A stretch of DNA of 64,000 nt from an uncultured Candidatus Saccharibacteria bacterium (GTDB lineage Bacteria > Patescibacteriota > Minisyncoccia > UBA6257 > Colwellbacteraceae): assembly GCA_964609135.1 (NCBI GenBank), contig CAZSQQ010000001.1, forward strand, positions 56,673 through 120,672, read 5' to 3'. Below the pieces are notes generated by a model. The model had not been told where the DNA came from. It saw only the letters and a program-made list of their open reading frames with translations, and searched no databases. Both the position numbers and the translations under genes were made by a program. Positions 26,825-36,787 of the stretch are shown one piece after another; the first letter of the stretch is position 1; every line of letters starts with the position of its first letter.

Positions 26825-29365
26825 CTACGCCCCATGACACCTTTTATATTTCTTGCCGCTACCACAAGGGCAGGGGTCGTTCCGGCCGACTTTCTTGCCG
26901 GGATCTCGGAGCGGCAACTCCGACTTTTCGGCCGGAGCTCCTCCGCCGCCTTCCGAAACCGACTCCAACTTAAATATATTATTGAAAACCCAACCCTCAA
27001 AATTGGCTCCCATTTCCTTGAAAAGCTCGTAACTGTCCCTACGGTACTCAACCAGCGGATCGTGCTGGCCATAAGCTCTAATCCGCACTGACTCGGATAA
27101 GGCCTCGATGTTCTCAAGGTGGTTCATCCACAGGAAGTCCAAAACCGATAGAATCTGGCCCTTAACCCCGCTAAAGCTCTTATAGTTCGCGATTCTCTCC
27201 TCCGCCAGGTCTTTCGCCCTTATGAAAGCCCTATCCCAGTCGTCGGAGGGTTTAATCTCATCCGAGTCGGGTTTCACCAAACCGACGGTCTTAACCGCGT
27301 TCACCAGCTCCTCAGTGCCGATATTCACTTCTTCCAAACGGTTTAAATAGTTATTAACGGCGTCTCTCACTATTTCCCTCAAATCGTCCTCGCTTAAAGC
27401 GGTCAAAATCCGATGACGCTTGCCGTAAAAATTAAGTCTCTGCTTATTTAAAACGTCGTCATACTCGAGCAAATGATGGCGAGCGTCAAAATTGATTCCC
27501 TCAACCTTGCTTTGCGCCTGCTTAATGGCGTTGCTCACGATTCCGCTCTCGATTGGCACGTCATCGGGCAAATCAAATTTTTCCATGAGTCCTTTGATCC
27601 TGTCTCCGCCGAAGATCCTCATCAGATCATCTTCCAGAGACAAAAAGAACTGAGACGATCCCGGATCTCCCTGTCTGCCGGCCCTGCCGCGAAGCTGATT
27701 GTCGATCCTTCGCGCCTCGTGCCTTTCGGTTCCTATAACGTGGAGGCCTCCTAACTCCTTAACCCTTCGAGTTTCCTCAGAGCTCGGTGGGTTACCACCG
27801 AGAATAATGTCCACGCCGCGGCCGGCCATGTTGGTCGCCAAGGTCACCGCCCCCATTCTTCCGGCCTGCGCGATGATTGCGCCTTCCCGCTCGTTATTTT
27901 TGGCATTCAATATCTCAAAAGGAATTCCCGCCTCTTTAAAGAGTTTCCCCAAAGCTTCGTTCTTTTCAATCGAAACCGTGCCGACCAAAATCGGCTGCCC
28001 CAAGGCATGTCTTCTTTCAATCTCCTCCGCAATCGCCCGATACTTGGCTTTAAGATTCTTATAGACCAAATCGGGTAAACCTTCCCTCACGAGCGGGCGG
28101 TTCGGCGGAATGCTTTCCACTTCCAGCTTGTAAACCTTGTGGAATTCCTCGGCCGAAGTCTGGGCCGTTCCCGTCATTCCGGAGAGCTTCCTATACAGTC
28201 TGAAATAATTCTGGATGGTAATCTGGGCAAGGGTTTTGGTTTCCTCTTGGATTCTCACTCCTTCCTTGGCCTCGATCGCCTGATGAAGTCCGGCCGAGTA
28301 CCGGCGCCCGAAAAGCAAACGACCGGTAAACTGATCAACTATGACAACTTGACCGTCACGCACAACATAATCCTTGTCTCTTTGGAAAAGAGCCTTGGCC
28401 TTCAAACTGGCCTCAAGGTAATGGACCAGCTGCAGGTTCTCCAGGGCGTATAAATCCCTGATTCCCGTCTGCCGCTCAACCTTGTTTATCCCCGGCTCGG
28501 TTATTTCAACCGTCTTAAGTTTCTCATCAAGCGCGTAGTCCTCGCCGGCCTTCAAATATCCCGCGGCTCTGGCAAAAACACGGTAATAATCCGAAGACTG
28601 CGTGTCCGGATAAGAAATTATAAGCGGAGTTCGCGCTTCATCAATCAAAATGGAGTCAACCTCGTCGATAATGGCGAAATTATGGCCGCGCTGGACTTGA
28701 TTTTGAAGGCTGGGAGCCAAGTTATCTCTTAGATAATCAAAGCCGAACTCGTGATTGGTCCCGTAGGTGATGTGAGCGAGATAGGCTTCACGACGTGACG
28801 CTGGGCGAAGGAACTCTTCTTGAACCAAGAAACTGCCGGTCGTATCTCTTTCCTTGTCAGCCAGAGCTTTCCCTTCCTTAGATATATGCCATTCAGGATC
28901 ATAGATGTAGGCGCCTTCGTGAACCAAACAAGCGACCTGAAGACCTAAAAAGCTGTAGATTTGTCCCATCCAGACGGTATCGCGTTTGGCCAGGTAATCG
29001 TTCACCGTAATAATATGAACTCCTCGCCCCGAGAGGGCATTCAGGTAAGCCGGAGAAGTCGCGGCCAAAGTTTTTCCTTCACCCGTTAACATTTCAGCAA
29101 TCGCTCCGCGGTGAAGAACCAGGCCGCCCCAAAGCTGGACGTCAAAATGCCTTTGCCTCAAAGTACGCCTCCCGGCTTCCCTAACCAGTGCAAAAGCCAT
29201 GGGCAAAAGGTCGTCCAGGTTCTCTCCCTCTTCGGCTCTTTTCTTTAATCCCAAACTCTCTTCCTTAAGGCCTTCGTCGCTCAATCCCTTTATTTTTTCT
29301 TCCAAGGAATTCACTGCCGCGATCTCGCCCGGCGGATTACCCCTGCCAAAGTTAAAAAAAACCAT
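26825..29365 (-). CDS. secA: Preprotein translocase SecA
   Basis: TGEGKT, TVNDYLA, DEVDS, ATNMAGRG, GRAGRQGDPG, SEC-C motif CPCGSGKKYKRCH. Confidence 0.98.
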   Translation of the reverse strand: MVFFNFGRGNPPGEIAAVNSLEEKIKGLSDEGLKEESLGLKKRAEEGENLDDLLPMAFALVREAGRRTLRQRHFDVQLWGGLVLHRGAIAEMLTGEGKTLAATSPAYLNALSGRGVHIITVNDYLAKRDTVWMGQIYSFLGLQVACLVHEGAYIYDPEWHISKEGKALADKERDTTGSFLVQEEFLRPASRREAYLAHITYGTNHEFGFDYLRDNLAPSLQNQVQRGHNFAIIDEVDSILIDEARTPLIISYPDTQSSDYYRVFARAAGYLKAGEDYALDEKLKTVEITEPGINKVERQTGIRDLYALENLQLVHYLEASLKAKALFQRDKDYVVRDGQVVIVDQFTGRLLFGRRYSAGLHQAIEAKEGVRIQEETKTLAQITIQNYFRLYRKLSGMTGTAQTSAEEFHKVYKLEVESIPPNRPLVREGLPDLVYKNLKAKYRAIAEEIERRHALGQPILVGTVSIEKNEALGKLFKEAGIPFEILNAKNNEREGAIIAQAGRMGAVTLATNMAGRGVDIILGGNPPSSEETRRVKELGGLHVIGTERHEARRIDNQLRGRAGRQGDPGSSQFFLSLEDDLMRIFGGDRIKGLMEKFDLPDDVPIESGIVSNAIKQAQSKVEGINFDARHHLLEYDDVLNKQRLNFYGKRHRILTALSEDDLREIVRDAVNNYLNRLEEVNIGTEELVNAVKTVGLVKPDSDEIKPSDDWDRAFIRAKDLAEERIANYKSFSGVKGQILSVLDFLWMNHLENIEALSESVRIRAYGQHDPLVEYRRDSYELFKEMGANFEGWVFNNIFKLESVSEGGGGAPAEKSELPLRDPGKKVGRNDPCPCGSGKKYKRCHGA

Positions 29366-29368
29366 TCC

Positions 29369-29692
29369 TTAATTTCCTTTGTACCGATTATACTTGTTCA
29401 CCTCTTTCTGAAGCTTGTCTCTTACGGCGTCTATGGCGACCCTGACGTCAAAATTTTCATCCTCGGCCCGGAGCATTTTCCCGGGCAGTTTCAGGTCGCA
29501 TTCGGCGCGATAAACGTCGCCTTTGTGGTGATGGCGGGTCGTTCTCGCCACCTCCACCCAGGCCGTGAAATCGGACTCTTTCTCATCCTCGAGACGGGAA
29601 AGGAACTTGTTAAGTCCGCCGATCTTTTCTTCGATGTATTCCTTAAGGGGCGCCGTTAGTTCCAGATCAGTAGCTTTGATATTTATCTTCAT
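29369..29692 (-). CDS. hpf: Ribosome hibernation factor HPF/RaiA
   Basis: LTAPLKEYIEEK, AIDAVRDKL; upstream of secA. Confidence 0.9.
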   Translation of the reverse strand: MKINIKATDLELTAPLKEYIEEKIGGLNKFLSRLEDEKESDFTAWVEVARTTRHHHKGDVYRAECDLKLPGKMLRAEDENFDVRVAIDAVRDKLQKEVNKYNRYKGN

Positions 29693-29718
29693 GTTCTTCT
29701 ATAGGCACACTCAATGAT

Positions 29719-29755
29719 AAAAAATCCCGCCCGTTTTTTCAAACGAGCGGGATTT
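29719..29755 (-). terminator. Rho-independent terminator
   Basis: AAATCCCGC.CGTTT stem followed by a T-run on the minus strand. Confidence 0.8.
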
Positions 29756-29770
29756 CACGAGAAGAAGATA

Positions 29771-29815
29771 TTATCTCTTTTTCTTCCCTCCCTTCTTTGC
29801 TTTTTTTCTTGCCAT
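29771..29815 (-). CDS. Putative 14-aa basic peptide MARKKAKKGGKKKR
   Basis: Only plausible ORF between a TAAAAT promoter (about 29892-29897) and the terminator. Confidence 0.5.
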   Translation of the reverse strand: MARKKAKKGGKKKR

Positions 29816-30021
29816 TTATATATGCTTTTTCCAAATCTAACTGGGACTGTCGACCAGTCAATCCCGTTAATTTCTTTTAAATCCTATTCTTATTTTAGAA
29901 CAAATGGATTTTAAAACAACTGTGGATAACTTTGCTTCCTTTAAAGGAGCGGTAAGGGTGTCCTCCTAATTTGTTGTTAAGTGAGTGCTCGTCCTACCGC
30001 TCCACTCTCATTCTAAAGCCG

Positions 30022-31641
30022 CTACTTGCCAATATCAATAACGTAATCCTTTCTAAGTAGTTTCTTTAGAGAATCCACGCTTCCTCTGGTCTTCTTCCCT
30101 GGATTAAATATGTCCCGGGAGTCAAAAGCCGACTTCACGCTCCCGAAAACACTCATCATATCAGGACCAAACTCATCTTCCAAATACGGCAAACGCATCA
30201 AGCCATCGTTATGTTCAGCCGAGAGCGTTCCTCGGAGTTTAATAACTAAGTCGTAAACTTCTCGTGCGACCAGGAAAAGTTTTTCGACGTCCCGTTCGTC
30301 ACCCAAATCTAAGAAGGGCTGCATATGCACATTGCCGTCCCCGGCATGCCCCCAAATGGAAAATTGCAGCTCATGCTTTTCCATAATTCCGTAGAGTGAA
30401 TTGAGATACTTCGCCAGATGCTTCGGATGCACTGCCACGTCTTCAATGAAAGGCAACGCTTTTTTTACGCCCTTAGCTTCCTCGGCAACAACGGCCGCCA
30501 TTCTCCTCGCCTGCCACAACTCTCCTTGCTCCTTCTCGTCGTAAGCCTCGCGCAAATCAGAAGATAAATCTTTTATCAAATTTCTGGTTTCACTTATCTC
30601 TTGTTTTATAAAATCCAAATCATTGCCATCGAACTCTATAAAAAGTGTGAGCCAGGGCGCCTTGCTCCTTCCTGCCATTAAGACATGAACGAGCGCAGGG
30701 CTTTCTCTCTGCATCATTTCAACTAAAAATCTATCAACCATTTCGAAGGCGCTCGGATGTTTCTCTAAAACCAGCGGGACGGCTTCCCCGGCTTTCTCTA
30801 AAGCATCGAACGACGCGAGTAGAAGTCCCGTAAACTTCGGTTTGGGAATAGTTCTCAAAGTTATCTCGGTAATAATTCCCAAAGTTCCCTGACTGCCCGA
30901 CATTAACCTTGATAGATCTAAGCCTCCGTCCTGGAGCAGGTCGTAAAGCCAGTACCCGGTTGAGCTCTTGGTTACATCAAGCCGGGAATTCTGAATCAGA
31001 TTATGCTTACCGACGAGCAAATCTGACATTTTTCTATAAATCTCGCCTTCCAGACTTCCTCGGGCCTGCTTTTCAGCTATCTCTTCCTCGCTTAGTTTTT
31101 TAAACTCTACTTCCTCGCCGTCCGCCAAAATCATTTTCAGCGACAAAACATAATCACGTATTGAACCATACTTAACGGTCTTTTCTCCCCCGCCATTATT
31201 GGCGACTCCGCCGCCCAAGGAAGCGAAATTGGCTGAGGCTGGATAGGGTGGAAGGAATCTTCCCTGGTCACTTTCAAGTTTTCTATTTAGATCGCCCCAG
31301 AGAACTCCCGGCTCCACGCGCACAAAGTCGGGGCCCACTTCCAAAATCTTGTCGAGATACTTCGGAAATCTCAAAATAATGCCTTGATTTAAGGGACCTC
31401 CGGCTTGATCTGTCCCCTTCCCGCGGCAAGTTATGGAAAACCGCGGGTCGTCGGTCTCCTCTCTCTTCTTCACAACCCATTTTACCAAGCTTACTATGTC
31501 CTCACTAGACTTAGGGAGTACAACCGCCCACGGTTTTATGGTAAAAACACTGCCGTCCACGGAGTAGTGACGAAGTGTGGCCTCATCTCCCAAAACTTCG
31601 CCGGAAACAACCGACTGAAGTTCTTTCAGATACTCCTCCAT
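30022..31641 (-). CDS. FAD-linked oxidase (GlcD/D-lactate dehydrogenase family)
   Basis: RGKGT..AGG, SLGGGVANN, GSQGTLGI, GHAGDGNVH, SAEHNDG, FNPGK. Confidence 0.9.
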   Translation of the reverse strand: MEEYLKELQSVVSGEVLGDEATLRHYSVDGSVFTIKPWAVVLPKSSEDIVSLVKWVVKKREETDDPRFSITCRGKGTDQAGGPLNQGIILRFPKYLDKILEVGPDFVRVEPGVLWGDLNRKLESDQGRFLPPYPASANFASLGGGVANNGGGEKTVKYGSIRDYVLSLKMILADGEEVEFKKLSEEEIAEKQARGSLEGEIYRKMSDLLVGKHNLIQNSRLDVTKSSTGYWLYDLLQDGGLDLSRLMSGSQGTLGIITEITLRTIPKPKFTGLLLASFDALEKAGEAVPLVLEKHPSAFEMVDRFLVEMMQRESPALVHVLMAGRSKAPWLTLFIEFDGNDLDFIKQEISETRNLIKDLSSDLREAYDEKEQGELWQARRMAAVVAEEAKGVKKALPFIEDVAVHPKHLAKYLNSLYGIMEKHELQFSIWGHAGDGNVHMQPFLDLGDERDVEKLFLVAREVYDLVIKLRGTLSAEHNDGLMRLPYLEDEFGPDMMSVFGSVKSAFDSRDIFNPGKKTRGSVDSLKKLLRKDYVIDIGK

Positions 31642-32270
31642 TCTATAAGTTCTCTATCATCAAACTCCCGATAGGTAACACGTCTTACAAAATCTTTGTC
31701 CTTAGATTCAACCATTTTAAAATCCGAAAATGCCGGCTTCATGGCAAAAAGTATTTCCTGCACCCGGTAAGGAGTAGGGGCGGAAACCAATATTCTGAAA
31801 TTGGCTTTTCCTTTTTCTTTGAAAAGCAGTTGTACTACCGCCCCTTCGCCAATTTCATTGATGCGAGAAAAATCTATGTTGGCCAGGTTTAAATCCTTAA
31901 GTGACAGAATTCCTTTAAGAAAAACTCCCGTGTGGCTGCCGCCTTGGTGAAAAATGTTGTAATCATGAGCGGCCTTGGCGTCTTTTAAATTTAAGCCTTT
32001 CATTTTGCCCGCCGGAACCGCCAAATAGTAACCTATATCTCTACCCAGATGCTTAATGGCTATCTCAAAAGCAAAGGGCGGCTCCAGGTTTTTTATAATT
32101 TCGTTTAAATCAAGGAGAAATTTACCGGAGCCCAACTTCAAAAGCTTGAATCTCTTTTGCTCCTTAAGGCTATTCTTCACTGCCATTATGCCCACAGCCA
32201 TATTCCAAGTCGCGAGCAACATAATCGCCAGGAACGAAACTATGATAGTTGGCGTAAAGATTTCTGTCAT
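31626..32270 (-). CDS. Hypothetical membrane-anchored protein
   Basis: N-terminal TM; overlaps the next gene. Confidence 0.65.
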   Translation of the reverse strand: MTEIFTPTIIVSFLAIMLLATWNMAVGIMAVKNSLKEQKRFKLLKLGSGKFLLDLNEIIKNLEPPFAFEIAIKHLGRDIGYYLAVPAGKMKGLNLKDAKAAHDYNIFHQGGSHTGVFLKGILSLKDLNLANIDFSRINEIGEGAVVQLLFKEKGKANFRILVSAPTPYRVQEILFAMKPAFSDFKMVESKDKDFVRRVTYREFDDRELIEWRSI

Positions 32271-32285
32271 TGTAAAATTATATTG

Positions 32286-32332
32286 ACCCTTCGATATGAC
32301 TCAGGGTCAATCCTGAGCCTGCCGAATGGATT
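32286..32332. repeat. REP-like doublet
   Basis: CCCTTCGA..CTCAGGGT CAATCCTGAG..CGAATGGA; near-identical in reverse to 49131-49177 inside dinB. Confidence 0.8.
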
Positions 32333-32334
32333 GA

Positions 32335-33807
32335 ATGAAAAATTTTTACTGGCTGGTAGTTATAATCATTATAGCTTCCTTCTTACGGCTCGCCAATCTG
32401 GATAGCGTTCCTCCGGGCCTTTATCCCGATCAAGCGATGAACGGCAACAATGCGATTGAAGCTCTGCGAACAGGGGAATTTAAAGTTTTTTACCCCGAAA
32501 ATAACGGCCGCGAAGGCTTGTTCATCAATCTCCAGGCAATACCGATTGCTCTCTTTGGAAATGTCCCTTGGGCATTAAGACTCCCCGGGGCCTTATTGGG
32601 GATATTCACGGTACTCGGCCTGTATTTCTTAACTAAAGAACTTTTCCGCGAATCAAAGTTAAGAGAAGAGATCGCGCTTTTGGGCGCCTTTCTTCTGGCC
32701 ACTTCCTTTTGGGACATAATTTTCTCGCGCATCGGTTTCCGGGCCATCATGGCGCCTTTCTTTCTCACTTGGGCGCTATATTTTCTTTTTTGGACTTTCA
32801 GAAAAGCTGCTCAAGAGAAGTTAGCACCCGTAAAGCCGGCCCTCCTCTCGGGAATAGTTTACGGATTGGGATTCCACTCCTACATCGCCTACCGGGCAAC
32901 GCCTATTTTAATCTTGTTCATTCTGTGGCATTACTTTAGAAAAGCTAAAGCGGAAGGTTGGCATGAGGAATTTTGGAAAATCACCAAATATTTCTCCTTG
33001 GCAGCTTTAATCGTCTTCCTGCCCCTCGGGATTTACCTCTTCGGCCACCCTCAGGATTTCCTGGGAAGAACCTCGCAAATTTCAGTCTTTAGCTCTCAAA
33101 CTCCGATACCGGACTTAATCGGCAATACTCTAAAAACCTTAGGGATGTTTAATTTTATCGGAGATTACAACTGGCGTCACAATTTCTCGGGACGGCCGGA
33201 GCTCTTTTGGCCGGTAGGCATTATGTTCCTCGCGGGCGTTGCTTTGCTTATCAACCAGATTAGAAAATTGGATTTCAAATTTCTTGTTCTCACGCTCTGG
33301 TTTGCGGCCGCTTCTCTGCCAGTTATAATCTCGAACGAAGGTCTCCCGCATGCCTTGCGCGCAATTCTCCTTGCCCCGCCTGTTTTCATTATCGCCGGAT
33401 TGGGAGGAGTCTGGCTTTACCAATATCTAAAGTCAAAAATGCCCATCTTAAAAAAACAATTTCGAATCATGGCGTTACTTTTTCTCACACTTCTCGCATT
33501 CGAAGCTTACAATACTTACTTTATCCTGTGGGCAAAAAATCCCGAGACTGCCGGCGCCTACAACGAAAACTATGTGAAAATCGCGGAGAAACTTAATTCT
33601 CTTCCCAAAGAAACCCCAAAAGTGATAATAGTAACCGCCGGCGGAGTCATAGTCCGGGGGATCCCGATGCCCGCGCAAACCGTCATGTTCTTAACCGACA
33701 CCTTTAGGGAAGAAAATCAAAAAGAAAAGAACTTTTATTACTTAACCCCGGAGAAACTAAGCACTTTCAAGACTCCAGAGAGCGCTTATGTCGTCGAACT
33801 AAACTAG
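32335..33807 (+). CDS. ArnT/PMT-like GT-C glycosyltransferase
   Basis: PPGLYPDQA, multi-TM, SRIGFRA. Confidence 0.85.
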   Translation: MKNFYWLVVIIIIASFLRLANLDSVPPGLYPDQAMNGNNAIEALRTGEFKVFYPENNGREGLFINLQAIPIALFGNVPWALRLPGALLGIFTVLGLYFLTKELFRESKLREEIALLGAFLLATSFWDIIFSRIGFRAIMAPFFLTWALYFLFWTFRKAAQEKLAPVKPALLSGIVYGLGFHSYIAYRATPILILFILWHYFRKAKAEGWHEEFWKITKYFSLAALIVFLPLGIYLFGHPQDFLGRTSQISVFSSQTPIPDLIGNTLKTLGMFNFIGDYNWRHNFSGRPELFWPVGIMFLAGVALLINQIRKLDFKFLVLTLWFAAASLPVIISNEGLPHALRAILLAPPVFIIAGLGGVWLYQYLKSKMPILKKQFRIMALLFLTLLAFEAYNTYFILWAKNPETAGAYNENYVKIAEKLNSLPKETPKVIIVTAGGVIVRGIPMPAQTVMFLTDTFREENQKEKNFYYLTPEKLSTFKTPESAYVVELN

Positions 33808-34054
33808 TGAAACCTTCATGGCGCAAAATTTTTTCTTTGAGTCTTGCTCCGCCGGCATAACCACCCAAGCTGCCGTCGGAGCGAATGACGCGATGACAAG
33901 GAACTTTGGGGTCGCGATTCTTATTCATAATATTTCCTACCGCCCGATAAGCCCGCGGGCTGCCGGCGAGACGTGCCACTTCCTTGTAGGTTAAAACTTT
34001 TCCTTTGGGAATTCGCCTTACGACTTCCCTAACTCTTTCTTCGAAACTACTCAT
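33767..34054 (-). CDS. Methylated-DNA-protein-cysteine methyltransferase (single domain)
   Basis: IPKGKVLTY, RAVG, PCHRV active site. Confidence 0.9.
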   Translation of the reverse strand: MSSFEERVREVVRRIPKGKVLTYKEVARLAGSPRAYRAVGNIMNKNRDPKVPCHRVIRSDGSLGGYAGGARLKEKILRHEGFTSLVRRHKRSLES

Positions 34055-34604
34055 GGTTTTTCTTAAACTTCGCGCCCATCACAAAAACACTAAAAAGGAT
34101 TGCCGCGGTCACTATGCCCAAATAGATAACCATAATCTGTGAGTATGAAAATGGCACTTTATGCAAACTTCCCAAAACAAGTGCGCCGATCCAAGAAGTG
34201 ATTGAAACGGCGCCGCTCGCAAATAAAACCGGCTGGTTTTTTGTGAATTCTGGAGAATAAGGCAAATGCTTACCCAGATGTTTCTTTAAATGAGGAATAA
34301 GCTTCAGGTGCAAAAGAATGCCGTTTAAAAGAATTACTCCAACAATTGTCATTTTAGCTAAGAATTTCGATGAATCAATGTAATGATCCGGGTCCATATT
34401 AAAAATCAAACCGCCGGAAACAATGATGATTATGAGACCTATCCAAACCATCTTGCTTCCAAGCGTGAGAAACCCCATTTCGGTCTTCGAGATTTTCATA
34501 TCTTTTAACGACTTAAAGAACATAAAATCACTGGCAATGGCTCCACCGGCGCCAAAAACCACGCCCACCAGATGGAAAATGGTGAAGATTTCCTTAATCT
34601 CCAT
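34047..34604 (-). CDS. Hypothetical membrane protein
   Basis: 5 TM segments. Confidence 0.7.
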   Translation of the reverse strand: MEIKEIFTIFHLVGVVFGAGGAIASDFMFFKSLKDMKISKTEMGFLTLGSKMVWIGLIIIIVSGGLIFNMDPDHYIDSSKFLAKMTIVGVILLNGILLHLKLIPHLKKHLGKHLPYSPEFTKNQPVLFASGAVSITSWIGALVLGSLHKVPFSYSQIMVIYLGIVTAAILFSVFVMGAKFKKNHE

Positions 34605-34613
34605 AGTCTAATC

Positions 34614-35192
34614 TTACAATGAAAACTCTTTCACAACATCATAGTCGGCTCCTGTTTTATATAAATGAGACTCCATAAGTAAAAAGGATTTCGCTTTGTC
34701 GCGCCACTCAATTCTCTCTTGAAGTTCCTTTATCGGAAACGAAGAAAGTCTCTCCGGACGGAAACGGGCAAGCGTGAGATGCAGGCGAAAAGGACGCTTT
34801 TCTTCTTTTTGACCTAAGGATGCCGTGAGTTTGCGCTTGAAATCAATGAGTCTCTCGGGGGCTTGCCCTTCCGCCCAAATCAACCTTGGCTCGCGTTCAT
34901 TAGGACCGTATGTAACGTGATTGAATTCCATATCCCAGCCCACGGCTGGCCCGCCTCGGGCGGGAAATTCTTCTCTAACTGCATTGAGCTTCCGAATCAC
35001 GCTTTCAATATTCTCTTCGTACCAGGGCGGCACAAGCGTGATGTGTAAATTTTTTCCTTCGAGCCATCTTACTCTGCCCTCCGTAGCTCTCGCGAAGGAG
35101 GGCCGGCTACTTAAAATTTTCTTCTCCCATGAAAGTATCTCGTCCTGCAATTCCTTTGAGATACCGACTGCCACAAAAATACGGCGGCTCAT
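34614..35192 (-). CDS. thpR: RNA 2',3'-cyclic phosphodiesterase with two hairpin insertions
   Basis: HITL and HLTL 2H motifs; inserts at about 35076-35103 and 34934-34964. Confidence 0.9.
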   Translation of the reverse strand: MSRRIFVAVGISKELQDEILSWEKKILSSRPSFARATEGRVRWLEGKNLHITLVPPWYEENIESVIRKLNAVREEFPARGGPAVGWDMEFNHVTYGPNEREPRLIWAEGQAPERLIDFKRKLTASLGQKEEKRPFRLHLTLARFRPERLSSFPIKELQERIEWRDKAKSFLLMESHLYKTGADYDVVKEFSL

Positions 35193-35195
35193 GCC

Positions 35196-36584
35196 TTAAA
35201 ACTCTTCAAAAAGTTTTACTAAGAGCCTCACTGGCGCACCGGCGGCGCCTTTGGCCAAATTTTCTCCTTCAACCGAAGTCATGCGGGGCGCCATATCTAT
35301 GTGAACCCAAGGATAATCTTTGGCGAATTGATATAAGAACATGGCTCCGGTCACAGCCCCACCGTACTTTGTCTTCCCTAAATTGGCGACGTCACCAAAC
35401 GTTCCTTTGATTTCTTCTTCATACTCATCCCACAACGGCAGCGGCCAGACATAATCGCCACTCTCCTCCCCCAGTTCTCTAAACAAGTTCTCAAGCTTAA
35501 CATCTTTGGTAAAGATCGCCGAGGCTCTCTGTCCCAAAGCGACCATCGAGGCGCCCGTTAGAGTCGCAATATCAACAACTAACTTAGGTTTATACTTTTT
35601 GGCATAAGTTAAAGCATCGGACAAGATAACCCGCCCTTCGGCATCGGTATTCAAAACCTCGATTGTTTTCCCGGACATTGTTCTTAAAACATCCCCCGGC
35701 CGGTAACTCGATCCCGACGGCATATTTTCAACTGCCGGGATTAGCCCGACAATATTCTTCTTCAGTTTCAACTTGGCGGCCAAGACCGCGGAACAGATAA
35801 CCGCCGCGCCGCCGGACATGTCCATATGCATTTCATACATATGATCCTCCGGCTTTACGTTTAATCCGCCGGTATCAAAAGTAACTCCCTTCCCAACTAA
35901 GACAATGGGTTTCTTTTTACCTGCCTTTAAGTATTCAAGAATAATGAATTTAGGCTCTTCCTCGGATCCCCGAGAAACTCCTATTACTCCGCCCATCTTT
36001 AATTTTTTAATCTCCTTTAGTCCTAAAACCTTGACCTTGACGGCAGTTCCGTGAGCGAGCTCTTTAGCGCGACCTGCCAAAATTTTGGGCGTCATTTCCC
36101 CTCCAGGAGTATTAGCCAGTGACCGACATTCATTAACCCATCTTCCTATGAGCTCGCCCTTCGTAAATCCTTTCTTCGTCACCGCAGAGACTCTTCCCAA
36201 AACAAAAACTTCGTGAACAAAATCCCACCCCTCCTTAGGCTTGGATTTATATTTAACAAATTCGAAGTTAGCCATCTCGAAATTTTCAGCCAAAAATTGC
36301 GCCGTTTCGCCATCCTTGACTCTCAAATTGGGAAAATCAAAATCAGAAAAGTTTATCGCCAATCTCTTTATTTTGTTCGCTTTAGCAAGGGAGATGATCT
36401 TACGAATAAGCACGATTAGCTTCCTCAGATTAAAATCTTTGGCTTCACCCATCCCTACGGCTATCGACTTCCGGCCGCCGGGCATCACTAAAACCTGACT
36501 GTCTTTTTCTCGAGTTAACGAAACCACCGCCACGTCTTTTGGCAACGTATCTACTCTATTGCTTGAATTAAATCTGATCTTCAT
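35196..36584 (-). CDS. pepA: Leucyl aminopeptidase (M17)
   Basis: GKGVTFDTGG, DMSGG, NTDAEGR, ATLTG; start MKIRF. Confidence 0.93.
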   Translation of the reverse strand: MKIRFNSSNRVDTLPKDVAVVSLTREKDSQVLVMPGGRKSIAVGMGEAKDFNLRKLIVLIRKIISLAKANKIKRLAINFSDFDFPNLRVKDGETAQFLAENFEMANFEFVKYKSKPKEGWDFVHEVFVLGRVSAVTKKGFTKGELIGRWVNECRSLANTPGGEMTPKILAGRAKELAHGTAVKVKVLGLKEIKKLKMGGVIGVSRGSEEEPKFIILEYLKAGKKKPIVLVGKGVTFDTGGLNVKPEDHMYEMHMDMSGGAAVICSAVLAAKLKLKKNIVGLIPAVENMPSGSSYRPGDVLRTMSGKTIEVLNTDAEGRVILSDALTYAKKYKPKLVVDIATLTGASMVALGQRASAIFTKDVKLENLFRELGEESGDYVWPLPLWDEYEEEIKGTFGDVANLGKTKYGGAVTGAMFLYQFAKDYPWVHIDMAPRMTSVEGENLAKGAAGAPVRLLVKLFEEF

Positions 36585-36633
36585 TTTATCTGCTTCTATC
36601 ATACAGTTTTGGCGATTTTCTTCAATGAAGTGG

Positions 36634-36660
36634 GCGTGGTGGAGCAATGCTCCACCACGC
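36634..36660. repeat. Perfect 12-bp palindrome
   Basis: GCGTGGTGGAGC-AAT-GCTCCACCACGC. Confidence 0.7.
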
Positions 36661-36787
36661 CCCGCGCTCGCTTTGCGCCTACTTGTGGTTGCGCATCACA
36701 ACCTCCTTCCAAAGAACTTCCGCCGCAAGAAAAAAGCCCCTCTATTCGGGACTCTTTCTCGAGCGGATATAAACTTTTGTTATTCTC

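Noticed and set aside
26818-27117. N-terminal extension of the 289-aa kinase ORF
   Set aside because: Overlaps secA out of frame; the P-loop domain starts at MKYFF
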